Below, piece by piece: positions 35,668 to 45,558 of a DNA stretch of 64,000 nt (its first letter is position 1; each line of letters begins with the position of its first letter). The notes below the pieces were generated by a model. The model was not told the DNA's origin. It worked only from the letters and a program-made list of their open reading frames with translations, and searched no databases. Made by a program: the position numbers and the translations under genes. Source of the stretch: Thermoproteota archaeon (GTDB lineage: Archaea > Korarchaeota > Korarchaeia > Korarchaeales > Korarchaeaceae); assembly GCA_026986575.1 (NCBI GenBank), contig JALSOH010000004.1, positions 512,001 through 576,000 on the forward strand, read 5' to 3'.

Positions 35668-37363
35668 TAGAGGAGATATGCTTGTCATAATGACTCTAAT
35701 CCTGTTAGCGGGCTTTTGGGTGTACAAAAAAGGACAGCTTCTATCTCCTCTGGACTTGCTATCTGTCGCCAGATATTTAATCCCTCTGACGTTGGTCCTC
35801 TCTCTCATAATCGTCGCTCTCAAGCTCAGGAGAGGTAAGAAAGGAAACCTATCCATCAACGCCGCTCTCGTGAGCACAGACAGAGGGACATTCCTAGCAG
35901 CACCTCTGAGGATCGAGGTCAAGGGAAGCGAGTCCCAGCTAGATTTCAATTCACTAAGCAGTATGCTCGATGATTTGGGCGTGGGAATAACAGTTATCAT
36001 CAACAGGTGGCCTGGGAGGACTTTCCTTTCGTGGAAACAGGAGGGCAGCTTGTTCCTAAGTGGGCTGATATGGAGGAAGCTGGATAACTTGGAGGAGACG
36101 CAAAGCATGATAAAAGCGGCGATATCTGCCTTGAACAGTTCTATGGATGGAATAAAGGTAGAGGTCGATCAGAGAACTAGGTTGGATCCTGAGCTATTCT
36201 CCGAGATAATGCGTACGGGTTATGAGGGTGAGGAACTATCTATCAGGGTGGAGAGGGAGGAGAGGAGCGACATCTCCGTAATTGAGCTGGGAGAGAGTAT
36301 GGGCAGGACATTCGGTATATCCCTCAAAGACCTCACTAGACATGTCCTCATAGTCGGCCAAACTGGTTCTGGTAAGACCACTACCGCTAAAAGAATTGTT
36401 TATGAAGCTTGGAACCTCGGTATACCCTCACTGATTCTCGATATCCACTGGGAATACAAGGGGTTTGTGTTCCAGCTAGGAGGCAGGATCTTCTCGACCA
36501 AGGAGGGAATGCCCCTCGCATGCATAAATCCACTATCGGACATACATGAGGTAGGAGCAACGTTCTTGATATCAGAAACCCTCTCTTCCATAATGGATCT
36601 GTCTCCTTCTCAGTTTTACCTTTTGAATCAGGCGCTCAAGAGGCTGAGAGATCTATCTATGGGCGGCGCGGTACCTAACCTCAAAGACCTCGTCGAGATG
36701 GTGCGGACCTTAGAACCGGCATCTCACGCCGAAGAAGAGAGTAAAGCATCACTTCTGAGGAAAATGGAGCCGATAGTTAGCTCGTTTGGTGCAAGGATCT
36801 TTGACTGCGATAACCTCAACGAGAGAGTATTGGGGGAGACTATATCCCTCATGGAGATGGGAGATGTGGAGAGCGATATCTTGAAACAGATAGCCACCTT
36901 TTTCATCCTGAAGAGGTTAAAGGACCTGTTCACTAAGGAAGAGAGGAAATCTACCTATCCCAAATTGATCGTGGTAATTGAGGAGGCTGAGAAGCTCCTC
37001 CCCAGCTACAAGGATGTCACAGGCATGGATATTGTAGACAGGTTGTTCTCAGAGCTCAGGAAGTTCGGCGTGTCCTTGGTGCTGGTATCCCAGAATATCT
37101 CCGAGATACCCGAAGGGGTCGTGAGGAACGCTGGCACTAAGATATTTCACAGGATAGACTCACCATCCGATGTGAAGGGGATCAGATCCTTGATAAGCGA
37201 CAGGGAAATTGCTGATAGGATAACTAGGCTGTCTACTGGGGAGTGCATCGTCTCAACTCCAAAGTACATTAAGACGGTGAAGATCTCACCGCCAGAGGAG
37301 GAGGCACTCGATCCTAGGTCCATAGAAGGGGTAGTATCGAGGGAGAGTTTCTACTTCCCTTGA
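35657..37363 (+). CDS. Membrane-anchored HerA/VirB4-like (DUF87) ATPase
   Basis: Two N-terminal TMs, RHVLIVGQTGSGKT, LDIHWEY, INPL, IEEAE, ELRKFG, VSQ. Confidence 0.85.
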   Translation: MRADRGDMLVIMTLILLAGFWVYKKGQLLSPLDLLSVARYLIPLTLVLSLIIVALKLRRGKKGNLSINAALVSTDRGTFLAAPLRIEVKGSESQLDFNSLSSMLDDLGVGITVIINRWPGRTFLSWKQEGSLFLSGLIWRKLDNLEETQSMIKAAISALNSSMDGIKVEVDQRTRLDPELFSEIMRTGYEGEELSIRVEREERSDISVIELGESMGRTFGISLKDLTRHVLIVGQTGSGKTTTAKRIVYEAWNLGIPSLILDIHWEYKGFVFQLGGRIFSTKEGMPLACINPLSDIHEVGATFLISETLSSIMDLSPSQFYLLNQALKRLRDLSMGGAVPNLKDLVEMVRTLEPASHAEEESKASLLRKMEPIVSSFGARIFDCDNLNERVLGETISLMEMGDVESDILKQIATFFILKRLKDLFTKEERKSTYPKLIVVIEEAEKLLPSYKDVTGMDIVDRLFSELRKFGVSLVLVSQNISEIPEGVVRNAGTKIFHRIDSPSDVKGIRSLISDREIADRITRLSTGECIVSTPKYIKTVKISPPEEEALDPRSIEGVVSRESFYFP

Positions 37364-37968
37364 CCCTCGCGGGCGAAGCTTTCCAGCAGAGACATGAAGT
37401 CGTTAGTCCAATTGAATCGTCTACCCACACTTTTACCCTCTAGCTTCATTAGGATGTTCTCAATCTCATTGTCGAGATCGCTTCTACAACCATCAACTTG
37501 TATTATCCTATCCCACTCAGCGATCTCCAGTGCGTCCTGCAAAGGGCCATCTATAGCCTCGTACTCTAAATTCTCTCTGATCTTAAGGGAACTGTATCTC
37601 CTCGACTTCAGCCTCTCCAAAAGGACGGAGGGTTTGCACCTGACGACCACAACTAAAATCACATTCTCCTGAGGAATAGCATAAGGAGAGATGGTCTCGA
37701 TGACTAAGCATTTCTCTACCCTTAGAATCCTAGAAATTTCTTCTCGGATATTGTCCTCATCTAGGATCAGAGTATCTCTCTCCTCATCTCTTCCTAGGGT
37801 GTATCCCCTATCCTTGGCTATGTCGCCCACATTTATGTGGCGACATCCCAACACTTCGGCTAATCTCCGGCACAGGGTACTCTTGCCGGAAGCAGGAGCT
37901 CCTATAACTACTATTAGGCCCGATGGTCCGGAGCGAGGGCCAGAAACATTTATATTTCCCATATACAT
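37351..37968 (-). CDS. Adenylate kinase 6 / Fap7-like nucleotide kinase
   Basis: GAPASGKST, DEERDTLILDE, ERLKSRRYSSLKIRENLE; exact start uncertain. Confidence 0.82.
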   Translation of the reverse strand: MYMGNINVSGPRSGPSGLIVVIGAPASGKSTLCRRLAEVLGCRHINVGDIAKDRGYTLGRDEERDTLILDEDNIREEISRILRVEKCLVIETISPYAIPQENVILVVVVRCKPSVLLERLKSRRYSSLKIRENLEYEAIDGPLQDALEIAEWDRIIQVDGCRSDLDNEIENILMKLEGKSVGRRFNWTNDFMSLLESFAREGQGK

Positions 37969-37981
37969 CCCTTGGCCATGG

Positions 37982-38059
37982 GCTCCGGTGGTGTAGCCCG
38001 GTCAAGCATAGGGGCCTCTCGAGCCCCAGACCCGGGTTCAAATCCCGGCCGGAGCACCA
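37982..38059 (+). tRNA. tRNA-Glu(CTC)
   Basis: GCTCCGG acceptor stem, GGGGC-CTCTCGA-GCCCC arm, GTTCAAAT, encoded CCA. Confidence 0.96.
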
Positions 38060-38078
38060 TTCTTCCTATTTCGTTGGT

Positions 38079-38468
38079 TCAGTAAGGGAGTTCTCCAAAC
38101 ATGGAAGTTATCGGATGGAACTCCGCGATACCTACTAGGATGGACCATATTACGTAAGCTGTGAGGGCCGCCACAATCAGACGTACAGGCTGCTTATTGT
38201 AGGCAGGTATCAGCAGGAAAAGCGCTTGGATCATTACCAACACCAAGTAGAAGTTCCCCATTATGACATCGTAAGGTTGCATCCAAACTATCATTACCCA
38301 CACTCCTAACTCCGCTATGAAGAGCGCGACTGGAAAAGTGAACACTGCGAAGAGAACGCCGTATACTGCCTCCACTAATGTCTTCTTTAAGGCGGGAGGT
38401 AGTCCCCTCCTCCTTCTCCTAGAGATAGCTGTTCTACCCCTTCTCCAACTTCTAGAAGATCTTAACAT
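38079..38468 (-). CDS. Small membrane protein with Arg-rich N-terminus
   Basis: Three hydrophobic segments; GAGGTGA SD at the end of pyrH. Confidence 0.65.
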   Translation of the reverse strand: MLRSSRSWRRGRTAISRRRRRGLPPALKKTLVEAVYGVLFAVFTFPVALFIAELGVWVMIVWMQPYDVIMGNFYLVLVMIQALFLLIPAYNKQPVRLIVAALTAYVIWSILVGIAEFHPITSMFGELPY

Positions 38469-38472
38469 GAGA

Positions 38473-39162
38473 TCACCTCGGTTTGACTAGGCTCCCCGTC
38501 CTCTTACCACTCACCAGGTCAAGTAGAGCCTCAGGTTCATCCCCACTTAAAATTATCGTTGAAATAGACGATCTCTTCAGTATCTTGATTGACAATGCGT
38601 CGAGAAGCTCGTACCTACCTGGATGATACAGTTTATCCCTCAAAATACGCTCCAAATCGTCATAGGATAACTCCTCTATCTTTCTGGCGTCTGGATAATG
38701 GTTGGGATCCTTATCATAAACTCCATCCACTCCCGTCATCTTCACTAGGAGGTTCAAGCCAAGCCTCTCGGCCATTAGCGCTGCAACAGCGTCCGTGGAC
38801 TGCCCGGGCTGCATACCTCCAGATACAGGTATCTTGCCCGATTGGAATGCGAGAACAGCTTCATCGTAATCCCCGATCACTCTGGGGAAGGCACTCTCTC
38901 CCAGTGCCGCTATCATGACTAGGGCATGTAGCCTCGTGGCGAGTATCCCAGCCTGATCCTGCAGGAACTTACTCCCACCTAACGATCCGACGGCCTCTAT
39001 GTACCTTCTAGCGGTATCGCTTCCGCCCGTGACTACAGCCAATTTTCTGTCCTTGGAGAGGTCCCTAACAATTTTAGCCGTTCTCTCTAGCAGGGTGAAG
39101 TCCCCGTAAGTGATGCCCCTGAACACGTACCCTCCTAGAAGTAAGACGAATCCTTCAGTCAT
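38473..39162 (-). CDS. pyrH: UMP kinase (archaeal type)
   Basis: VVTGG..ARRYI, GILATR, PGQSTDAVAA, VDGVYDKDP. Confidence 0.92.
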   Translation of the reverse strand: MTEGFVLLLGGYVFRGITYGDFTLLERTAKIVRDLSKDRKLAVVTGGSDTARRYIEAVGSLGGSKFLQDQAGILATRLHALVMIAALGESAFPRVIGDYDEAVLAFQSGKIPVSGGMQPGQSTDAVAALMAERLGLNLLVKMTGVDGVYDKDPNHYPDARKIEELSYDDLERILRDKLYHPGRYELLDALSIKILKRSSISTIILSGDEPEALLDLVSGKRTGSLVKPR

Positions 39163-39171
39163 TAGATCACC

Positions 39172-40176
39172 TTAGTAGAATCTTATTGCCCTCTCCAGCC
39201 TCGATAGGAGCACTATCCTACTCTCAGGAGACTCATCTATGATATTATAACCCGTCAGCTCCGCTATTTTAGATGCGAAAGCCCTAACCTCCTCATGGGT
39301 TGGCATGCTCTCCCTCCCTAGCCTCCTTCTAGAGTAGCCTACCCACATGTAGGCCTTGGGCTCCACGTATGTGGGCTGAGATTCCTTTATCATCCGAGAG
39401 AATTCTTCTATCACCTTATTATCCATGTTAAATCCCTTTATCAATGGTATCCTCATGACAGTTGGGGAGGAGAAGGACTGGAGCATCTCTAGGGTCTTCT
39501 GAAGCCTAGACCATGCATCAGGCCACAATGGGCGGGTTATTTCCATGTAGAGCCTCTCATTTGGGGCGGGGACCGTGACATACAGTTGAGTAGGCTCTCT
39601 TTCCAAGTTCTCCAGCCTCTCCGGGAGGGTACCATTAGTGACGATGAAGGTGGTCATCCCCCTCTTCGCGTAAGCTTCCACGAGTCCACCTATGTGCGGG
39701 TAAAGTGTGGGCTCTCCCGTCAGGGAGATAGCTGCATGCTTTGGCTCCTCTGCCTCGTACACCCATTCCTTCCTAAACACCTTCACTCCCTTGTAGCCCT
39801 GTACTATCATCTTCTGCAATCTGATACTCTCTTCAGCTATTTCTTCTGGATCGTCCCACTTTGCCCCCTCCTCAGGCACCTCCTTCCACCTGAACTCGGC
39901 CGGTACATCGCTCACATTCAACCTCCAGCAGTAGAGGCACTGTAAGTTGCAGAAGGACGCGGTGGGGGTCATCTGAAGGCATCTCCATGAGGGAATGCCG
40001 TAGAACTTGTGCTTGTAGCAGGTTCTTCCCTCCATTAGGGCCTTTCTAAACCAGTAGCATGGTTTCATGGCTGAATGATTTAGAATAATTTTGTACCCCT
40101 GCTTCTCCATGAGTTTCCTCACGCGATCGGGTATCCTCACGAGACCGGTGGATAACATCTTTATCCATGCTGACAC
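39172..40176 (-). CDS. taw1: 4-demethylwyosine synthase (radical SAM)
   Basis: CYKHKFYGI, QMTP, CNLQCLYCWR, AISLTGEPT, EPKAYMWVG; start may be ATG 40158. Confidence 0.93.
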   Translation of the reverse strand: MSAWIKMLSTGLVRIPDRVRKLMEKQGYKIILNHSAMKPCYWFRKALMEGRTCYKHKFYGIPSWRCLQMTPTASFCNLQCLYCWRLNVSDVPAEFRWKEVPEEGAKWDDPEEIAEESIRLQKMIVQGYKGVKVFRKEWVYEAEEPKHAAISLTGEPTLYPHIGGLVEAYAKRGMTTFIVTNGTLPERLENLEREPTQLYVTVPAPNERLYMEITRPLWPDAWSRLQKTLEMLQSFSSPTVMRIPLIKGFNMDNKVIEEFSRMIKESQPTYVEPKAYMWVGYSRRRLGRESMPTHEEVRAFASKIAELTGYNIIDESPESRIVLLSRLERAIRFY

Positions 40177-40193
40177 CGAGTTCCCGATAAATA

Positions 40194-40808
40194 ATGATTC
40201 GCCCGAATAAGTTGACCGAACAGCTGAGGAAATCTCGACTCGAACTGGAGAGACTGAATATCCTCAGAGAGAAGGCCATATCTCTCTCTAGAGGCTGGCT
40301 CACCAGGTGCAGGGAGCTTATATCGAGGGCGAGGGGCATGGAGGATCTAGACCAAGTCGAGAGGGAACTGACGGGCATCCTAAAAGAGATAAAAGAATTT
40401 CTCACGGAGTGCAAGGAGGAGCTGGGATACTTAGATCCCACTCTGAGGAACATCGTCTCCGATCCAATGCAAGAGGCGGTCGAGGGGATAGTTCTGGCGA
40501 GGTTACTTGCTGGAAAAGAAGTTCCGTCCCATGAGGATCTGGGAGTTGGCCCCAGAGAGTACGTGCTGGGCATTGGTGATTCGGTGGGGGAGCTCAGGAG
40601 GGTAGCCCTACATTTACTCTCGAAGGGGAGGGTCGCCGAGGCTGAACACCTCGCCGAGATGATGGAGGAGCTATATGAGGGACTGAACCTCATGGTACTT
40701 CCTGACTCACTAGTCCCAGTCAGGAGGAAGGCGGATGTGGCCAGATCCTTGGTCGAGAAGACCTTCTCTGAGATCCTCATGCTCAAGTCAACGGGTGGTG
40801 GAGGATGA
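40194..40808 (+). CDS. Translin-family protein
   Basis: REKAISLSR, QEAVE, YVLGIGDSVGELRR, RRKAD. Confidence 0.85.
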   Translation: MIRPNKLTEQLRKSRLELERLNILREKAISLSRGWLTRCRELISRARGMEDLDQVERELTGILKEIKEFLTECKEELGYLDPTLRNIVSDPMQEAVEGIVLARLLAGKEVPSHEDLGVGPREYVLGIGDSVGELRRVALHLLSKGRVAEAEHLAEMMEELYEGLNLMVLPDSLVPVRRKADVARSLVEKTFSEILMLKSTGGGG

Positions 40809-41482
40809 GCAGGGACTTCAAAGAGCTGGATCCTTACACATCACACCTGCTGCTGGCCGTTATCCTCTTGGGGGGATCGAAAAAACCAGTACGAGCCTCC
40901 GATTTATGCGAATATCTCAACACATCTAGAGCTACGATATCCAGGTGGATTTCTAGGGCGGAGGACTTGGGCTTCCTCAGGTCGACCATGGCTAGAAGAG
41001 TCCAATACGTGATGGCCACTCAGAAGGCATTGGAACTCGTCAGAACTCTCTATGAGATGACTCAAGGTATAAGCTGGGACGAAGAGGTACTTATGGCCGA
41101 AGTATTCTCGGGGATGAAGGAAGGAGCCTACTACATGTCCAGACCGGGCTATGTGATGGGCTTCAAGGAAGTTCTAGGATATATACCCTTCCCAGGCACG
41201 CTAAACCTCAGAGTGAGGGGAGGAGACATCTCCAAGATAAGGGAGTGGAGGAGAAGGGTGAGGCCCAAGGTGGTGCCTGGATTCGTGGAGGCGGGCAGGA
41301 CATTCGGGGATGTAGAGGTTCTACCCGTAGCTCTCAATGGGTCCTTAGAGGCTCACGCGATTTTCCCTCTCAGAAGACATTACGGCGATGATGTACTGGA
41401 GATAATACACCCCGAAAGCCTGAGAATCAAGTTGAACGTTAAAGATGGAGATATAGTAGCCATCACTTTGAAGAAGTGGTAG
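40805..41482 (+). CDS. ribK: CTP-dependent riboflavin kinase with N-terminal wHTH (RbkR type)
   Basis: HTH SRATISRW, VFSGMKEGAYYM, PFPGTLNL, LEII..SLR..DGD. Confidence 0.9.
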   Translation: MSRDFKELDPYTSHLLLAVILLGGSKKPVRASDLCEYLNTSRATISRWISRAEDLGFLRSTMARRVQYVMATQKALELVRTLYEMTQGISWDEEVLMAEVFSGMKEGAYYMSRPGYVMGFKEVLGYIPFPGTLNLRVRGGDISKIREWRRRVRPKVVPGFVEAGRTFGDVEVLPVALNGSLEAHAIFPLRRHYGDDVLEIIHPESLRIKLNVKDGDIVAITLKKW

Positions 41483-41555
41483 TGGGCCGGGGGGGACTCG
41501 AACCCCCGACCTCCGCCGTGTGAGGGCGGCGTCATAGCCGCTAGACCACCGGCCC
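41483..41555 (-). tRNA. tRNA-Val(CAC)
   Basis: Same body as tRNA-Val(GAC) with anticodon loop CTCACAC; CCA not encoded; abuts the ribK stop. Confidence 0.95.
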
Positions 41556-41773
41556 TTGAGTCCGGTCAATCGCTCGATTTTAATCTTTATGTGGGTGTGG
41601 ACCTTCCCCTTGGATGGATGTACCATCGATTTTTTCAGGTAATTAAAATGATGATTAAGGCGATATCAGAAATTTAACGAAAGTGACCTACGTTTTTTCA
41701 TATCATTAGATGGTAATGTCAAAGAGATAAGGTAGCTATTTTAATTAACAAGAGCGGGTAGTAGACAGATGAA

Positions 41774-43060
41774 ATGATTAACGGAATAAGGGAGCTCGAA
41801 AGGGATCTGAAACTACTGCTCATAGCAAGCATACCTACGGGGCTCTCTGGCGGAATGTTCTACGCCGTCTGGGGTTTGTATTTCGAAACAGAAGGTATAA
41901 ATGTTAGTCTGCTAGGACTCTACAGCTTCCTAGAAGGTTTATTGATGGCAGCGGTCTTCATTCCGGCTGGTCTCATCACCGACAAGATGGGAAGGAAGAA
42001 ACCCGTCCTGATAGGGTACATGTTTTCCGCCGTGTCTCTAGCCATAGTATCGCTCTGGGGTCTCAATCTACCAGCAATAATCTTGAGTGGGATCTTGGGA
42101 GGCTGCAGCTCCCTCGCCCTACCCGCTTTCCAAGCTTGGCTAGCCGACCTCGCCGGCAGCAGAATGGAAGAGGCCTCGAGCATCCAGATGTTCCTTTACA
42201 ACGTCAGCTTCTCAGCTGGAAGTCTGATGGGATGGGTCCCTGAACTGATGGTCTTGTCGTCGCAAGACATGAGCTACTCTCAAGCCTACCGAATGATGAT
42301 ACTCCTCTCTACGCTCGCGACGCTGATCGCCATACCATTCTTCTTGACCATTAAAGACAAGGAGATGGCACATTTAACGGGCCCCCACTCGATAGCTTTC
42401 AAAGACATTATGAGACCCCTTAACGCCTCCATGATACGCAGACTCACCTTCCTCCTAGTACTATCCAGCCTAGCCACCGGGTTCTTCTATCCCCTGACCA
42501 GCTACTATCTCGGGGAGAAGTACGGAGTTGAGTCCGGGCCGGTTGGAACTGTCCTCTCCCTGATATACCTTATATCCTCATTCAGTTATTTAATAGCCCC
42601 CGTGTTCTCCAAGCTCTTGGGGCTCGTGAAGTTTGTCGTACTATCACAGGGCTTCGCTATACTAATGATGGCCCTGATTCCCTTCACCCACGACTTCCTA
42701 CTCGCTTCCACGTTACTCATCCTTCAGGTGATGGGAACCTACGCACCTTTCCCGCTGATATGGGCGCTTTTCATGGAGTACTCACCTCCCGACGAAAGAG
42801 GAATGGTTAACTCCCTCTATAACTTGTCGGTAGTGGGTCCTAGAGCTATTTCCTCACTGGCAGGTGGAAATCTGATGAGCATGTCACTGGAGTACCCGAT
42901 ATTCGCTTTCATTCTTCTATACTCCCTCTATAACTTCCTATTCGCTGTTCTGGTGAGGAGTCCTCATTCTAGGAAGAGTTATCTGGCAAGGGTGGCAGAG
43001 AACGCGGGGAATGACGATGGATTTGAGGGGCAGGATAGATGCAACACTTCTGAAGCATGA
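41774..43060 (+). CDS. MFS transporter
   Basis: GLITDKMGRK motif A, about 12 TMs; 3' end overlaps deoC. Confidence 0.85.
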   Translation: MINGIRELERDLKLLLIASIPTGLSGGMFYAVWGLYFETEGINVSLLGLYSFLEGLLMAAVFIPAGLITDKMGRKKPVLIGYMFSAVSLAIVSLWGLNLPAIILSGILGGCSSLALPAFQAWLADLAGSRMEEASSIQMFLYNVSFSAGSLMGWVPELMVLSSQDMSYSQAYRMMILLSTLATLIAIPFFLTIKDKEMAHLTGPHSIAFKDIMRPLNASMIRRLTFLLVLSSLATGFFYPLTSYYLGEKYGVESGPVGTVLSLIYLISSFSYLIAPVFSKLLGLVKFVVLSQGFAILMMALIPFTHDFLLASTLLILQVMGTYAPFPLIWALFMEYSPPDERGMVNSLYNLSVVGPRAISSLAGGNLMSMSLEYPIFAFILLYSLYNFLFAVLVRSPHSRKSYLARVAENAGNDDGFEGQDRCNTSEA

Positions 43061-43634
43061 TGTCCCTCTGTCAGAGGTCGTGGAATTCGCGAAAAGGGCG
43101 GCGAGAGAGGGGATGAGGTCCGTCGTGGTTTACCCTTTTTATGCCCAGCGTCTTACGGCGCTAGGTATGGAGATATCGATATGCACGGTAGTAGGCTTTC
43201 CTCACGGCTCTCAACTCAAGGAAGCGAAGGTGGGGGAGGCGAAGCTGGCTCGAGAGATTGGCGTCTCCGAAATAGACTATGTGATCAGTATACCTGCGGT
43301 TAAGAACGGACTGTTCGATTATCTGAAGGAAGAAGCTGATCTCATAACTGCTGCCTTCTCAGGAACGGTTAAGGCCATTATTGAGGTACCTCTTCTTTCT
43401 GAAAATGAGCTCAAGAGCACATTAAAGGCCCTAGAGTCCACTGACGTGGAGTATGTGAAGACATCCACTGGACTGTACAGGCCTGTGGCACCCGGCGATG
43501 TCAGGAGGATGAAGGAGCTCACTGACAAGAAGATAAAAGCCTCCGGAGGAATAAGGACCAAGGAACAGGCTATTGAGCTGATTAAGTCGGGAGCTGATGT
43601 GTTAGGGACTAGTAAGCCTTTTGATATTCTGTAG
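43011..43634 (+). CDS. deoC: Deoxyribose-phosphate aldolase
   Basis: IDATLL, CTVVGFPHG, EID, KAIIE, VKTSTG, KASGGIR. Confidence 0.93.
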   Translation: MTMDLRGRIDATLLKHDVPLSEVVEFAKRAAREGMRSVVVYPFYAQRLTALGMEISICTVVGFPHGSQLKEAKVGEAKLAREIGVSEIDYVISIPAVKNGLFDYLKEEADLITAAFSGTVKAIIEVPLLSENELKSTLKALESTDVEYVKTSTGLYRPVAPGDVRRMKELTDKKIKASGGIRTKEQAIELIKSGADVLGTSKPFDIL

Positions 43635-43639
43635 CGGGA

Positions 43640-44764
43640 TCAGGCTCCTATCACCCAGCGGGCAATGTAGCTCCTAGGGCACTGGACGGTACCCCTGTAA
43701 TAGGGGCAGAAGGAGCAGGTCGGACTGTTACCCCAACAATCGAACTCGTTGCTATTGGCTATGTGACAGCCATCCCAGAGGAGGCAGTCGTTGCATGATG
43801 GAAAGTCAGCGATCTTCACCTTAGCCCTGAAAGACACATACTCAGGGGACCACCATATCTCCCTCAAGCTCTTCTCTTTCAGATCACCGAAAACTAGCTG
43901 CTTTACCTCGACCTCCCTTCCATCGATCCAAGCCCTGTAGTCGTGGAGGGTGAAGAGGCACGGGACGACCTTCCCATCAAATGTAATGGCGAAAGCCCTC
44001 TCCTCGATGAAGGGACACCTCCTCTCAGTCTTGTAATAGAAGAAGGGCTCTATCACTCTGACATGGTGGAGCATCGAGAGGGTCCTGACCTTCCCCATGA
44101 TCTCTGAGATGTTATCGGGCTGCACCTTATCGTGTATCTGCTCATTAGCGAGAGCTGGATGGGTAGCTATCAGATTGGACAGAAGAACACCTCTGGCCCC
44201 TATTTCAGCTGCCCACTCTATTAGATCAGGGAGCTTACTCACCGTGCTCTTAAGGAGAACCGTGGAGATCCACAGTTCCACTCCATCCCTGTTGGCTAGC
44301 TCCCTGATCCCCTCCTCAACTACGTGAAAGCTCGATCCCACTCTGATCTTCCTGTAAATCTCCGGATCTGTGACATCCACGCTGACGAAAACCCAAGAGA
44401 AACAGCGACCTATAACATCAGATTTCCTTAGGAGGGTGGTTCCGTTGGTAATCATTCCCAGATCGAATCTCTCCGCCGCCTTCTCCGCGAACTCCTCGAA
44501 CCTCGGGTGAATCGTGGGTTCTCCCCATCCACTGAACCACAGATCTTGGACACCCATGTCTTCGAGCTCCTCGAGCACGCGATCGAACAGTTCCTCACTC
44601 ATGAGCCCTATCCTCTCGCTCCAGCTCTGCCTGTAGCAGAATTTACAGTTAAGGTTGCAAGAGGTCGTGAGCTCCACATGAGCCTCCCTAGGAGGATCTG
44701 GATCCGACAGATAAAAGCCTCCGTGCACCCTTATCTTCTCCAATGGTCCTCGACCGCCCCTCAC
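43640..44764 (-). CDS. Radical SAM/SPASM protein, tungsten-cofactor oxidoreductase maturase type
   Basis: CNLNCKFC, GWGEP, CPF...DGKVVPC, extended Cys-rich tail FPSCNDC...C...DCWGNSPTCSFC...CP. Confidence 0.75.
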   Translation of the reverse strand: MRGGRGPLEKIRVHGGFYLSDPDPPREAHVELTTSCNLNCKFCYRQSWSERIGLMSEELFDRVLEELEDMGVQDLWFSGWGEPTIHPRFEEFAEKAAERFDLGMITNGTTLLRKSDVIGRCFSWVFVSVDVTDPEIYRKIRVGSSFHVVEEGIRELANRDGVELWISTVLLKSTVSKLPDLIEWAAEIGARGVLLSNLIATHPALANEQIHDKVQPDNISEIMGKVRTLSMLHHVRVIEPFFYYKTERRCPFIEERAFAITFDGKVVPCLFTLHDYRAWIDGREVEVKQLVFGDLKEKSLREIWWSPEYVSFRAKVKIADFPSCNDCLLWDGCHIANSNEFDCWGNSPTCSFCPYYRGTVQCPRSYIARWVIGA

Positions 44765-44814
44765 CTGACCTGTATTAAACGATTGCTATAACGCAGTATT
44801 TAAGAAAAGAAACA

Positions 44815-45558
44815 TCAACCGAGGAATGTATCCGCTGCTCCTTTGGGGGACCTACTCCATACCTTTTCGACTTCCTCCATAGGCAGGTCCAGCTGCTTGG
44901 CTAATAGCTCCATGGAAATTTCCGGATTCGTCCTCTTTATATCATCCACGGCATGGGCCAAGTAATCCTCGTAAGGAAGAGCTTCCTCCCATAACCTGTC
45001 GAATCTCTCCTTGAAAATCTTCGCCAGACTCTCCGACTCCACCTTTATACCAGTTCTCGTGGGTTGCTCCACACCTATCTTCTCAGGAAATCCCATAACC
45101 ACGATCCTGTCGTCCACCACCATGTGCCTGAGATCGTACACAACGAGTCCTCCGTGGTACTTCACCTCAGCTCCAGCCTTCGAATACCTGTACCCCACGT
45201 AGAGCTTCTCCCTTCCCTTGGGCATCATATACCTTATTCTCACACCCCTTGATGCGGCCGCTTCTATCTCCTTGACGATCTTGTCGAAGAATTCGGTGGA
45301 GTCCTTGGGCTTAGCGCCCGTTACCGATCCGAAGATCTCCTTAGTAGCTCCCCTCATGGCCTCCAGCACCGCATTGAAGTACTGAGTTCTAGTGAGCATC
45401 TTAGTCACTTCCATGAGGTGCTCCACGAGTCTCTTCCTTCCCTCGAGTTCGTGCCTACTGAGGTAGAGCAGAAGTATAGTAGCTATCAGCAGGGTGAGCT
45501 CCACTATCAGGAGAGCTAAGGCCACTAAGTCCCCCATAGGAGATCCCTCATATCTCAT
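44815..45558 (-). CDS. Membrane-anchored protein with TrmB/PLD-like domain and C-terminal HTH-like segment
   Basis: N-terminal TM, AASRGVRIRYM, HMVVDD, FDRLWEEA, MELLAKQLDLPMEEV; start may be ATG 45537. Confidence 0.6.
   Translation of the reverse strand: MRYEGSPMGDLVALALLIVELTLLIATILLLYLSRHELEGRKRLVEHLMEVTKMLTRTQYFNAVLEAMRGATKEIFGSVTGAKPKDSTEFFDKIVKEIEAAASRGVRIRYMMPKGREKLYVGYRYSKAGAEVKYHGGLVVYDLRHMVVDDRIVVMGFPEKIGVEQPTRTGIKVESESLAKIFKERFDRLWEEALPYEDYLAHAVDDIKRTNPEISMELLAKQLDLPMEEVEKVWSRSPKGAADTFLG

Noticed and set aside
37915-37968. Possible third non-canonical start (adenylate kinase) because the ATG lies within the tRNA-Glu promoter
   Set aside because: In-frame ATGs exist at 37968 and 37962, so no anomaly is required
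33669-41555. Near-identical inverted tRNA-Val copies as att sites of an integrated element
   Set aside because: Both are complete isoacceptors with different anticodons, the DNA between is housekeeping, and no integrase is present
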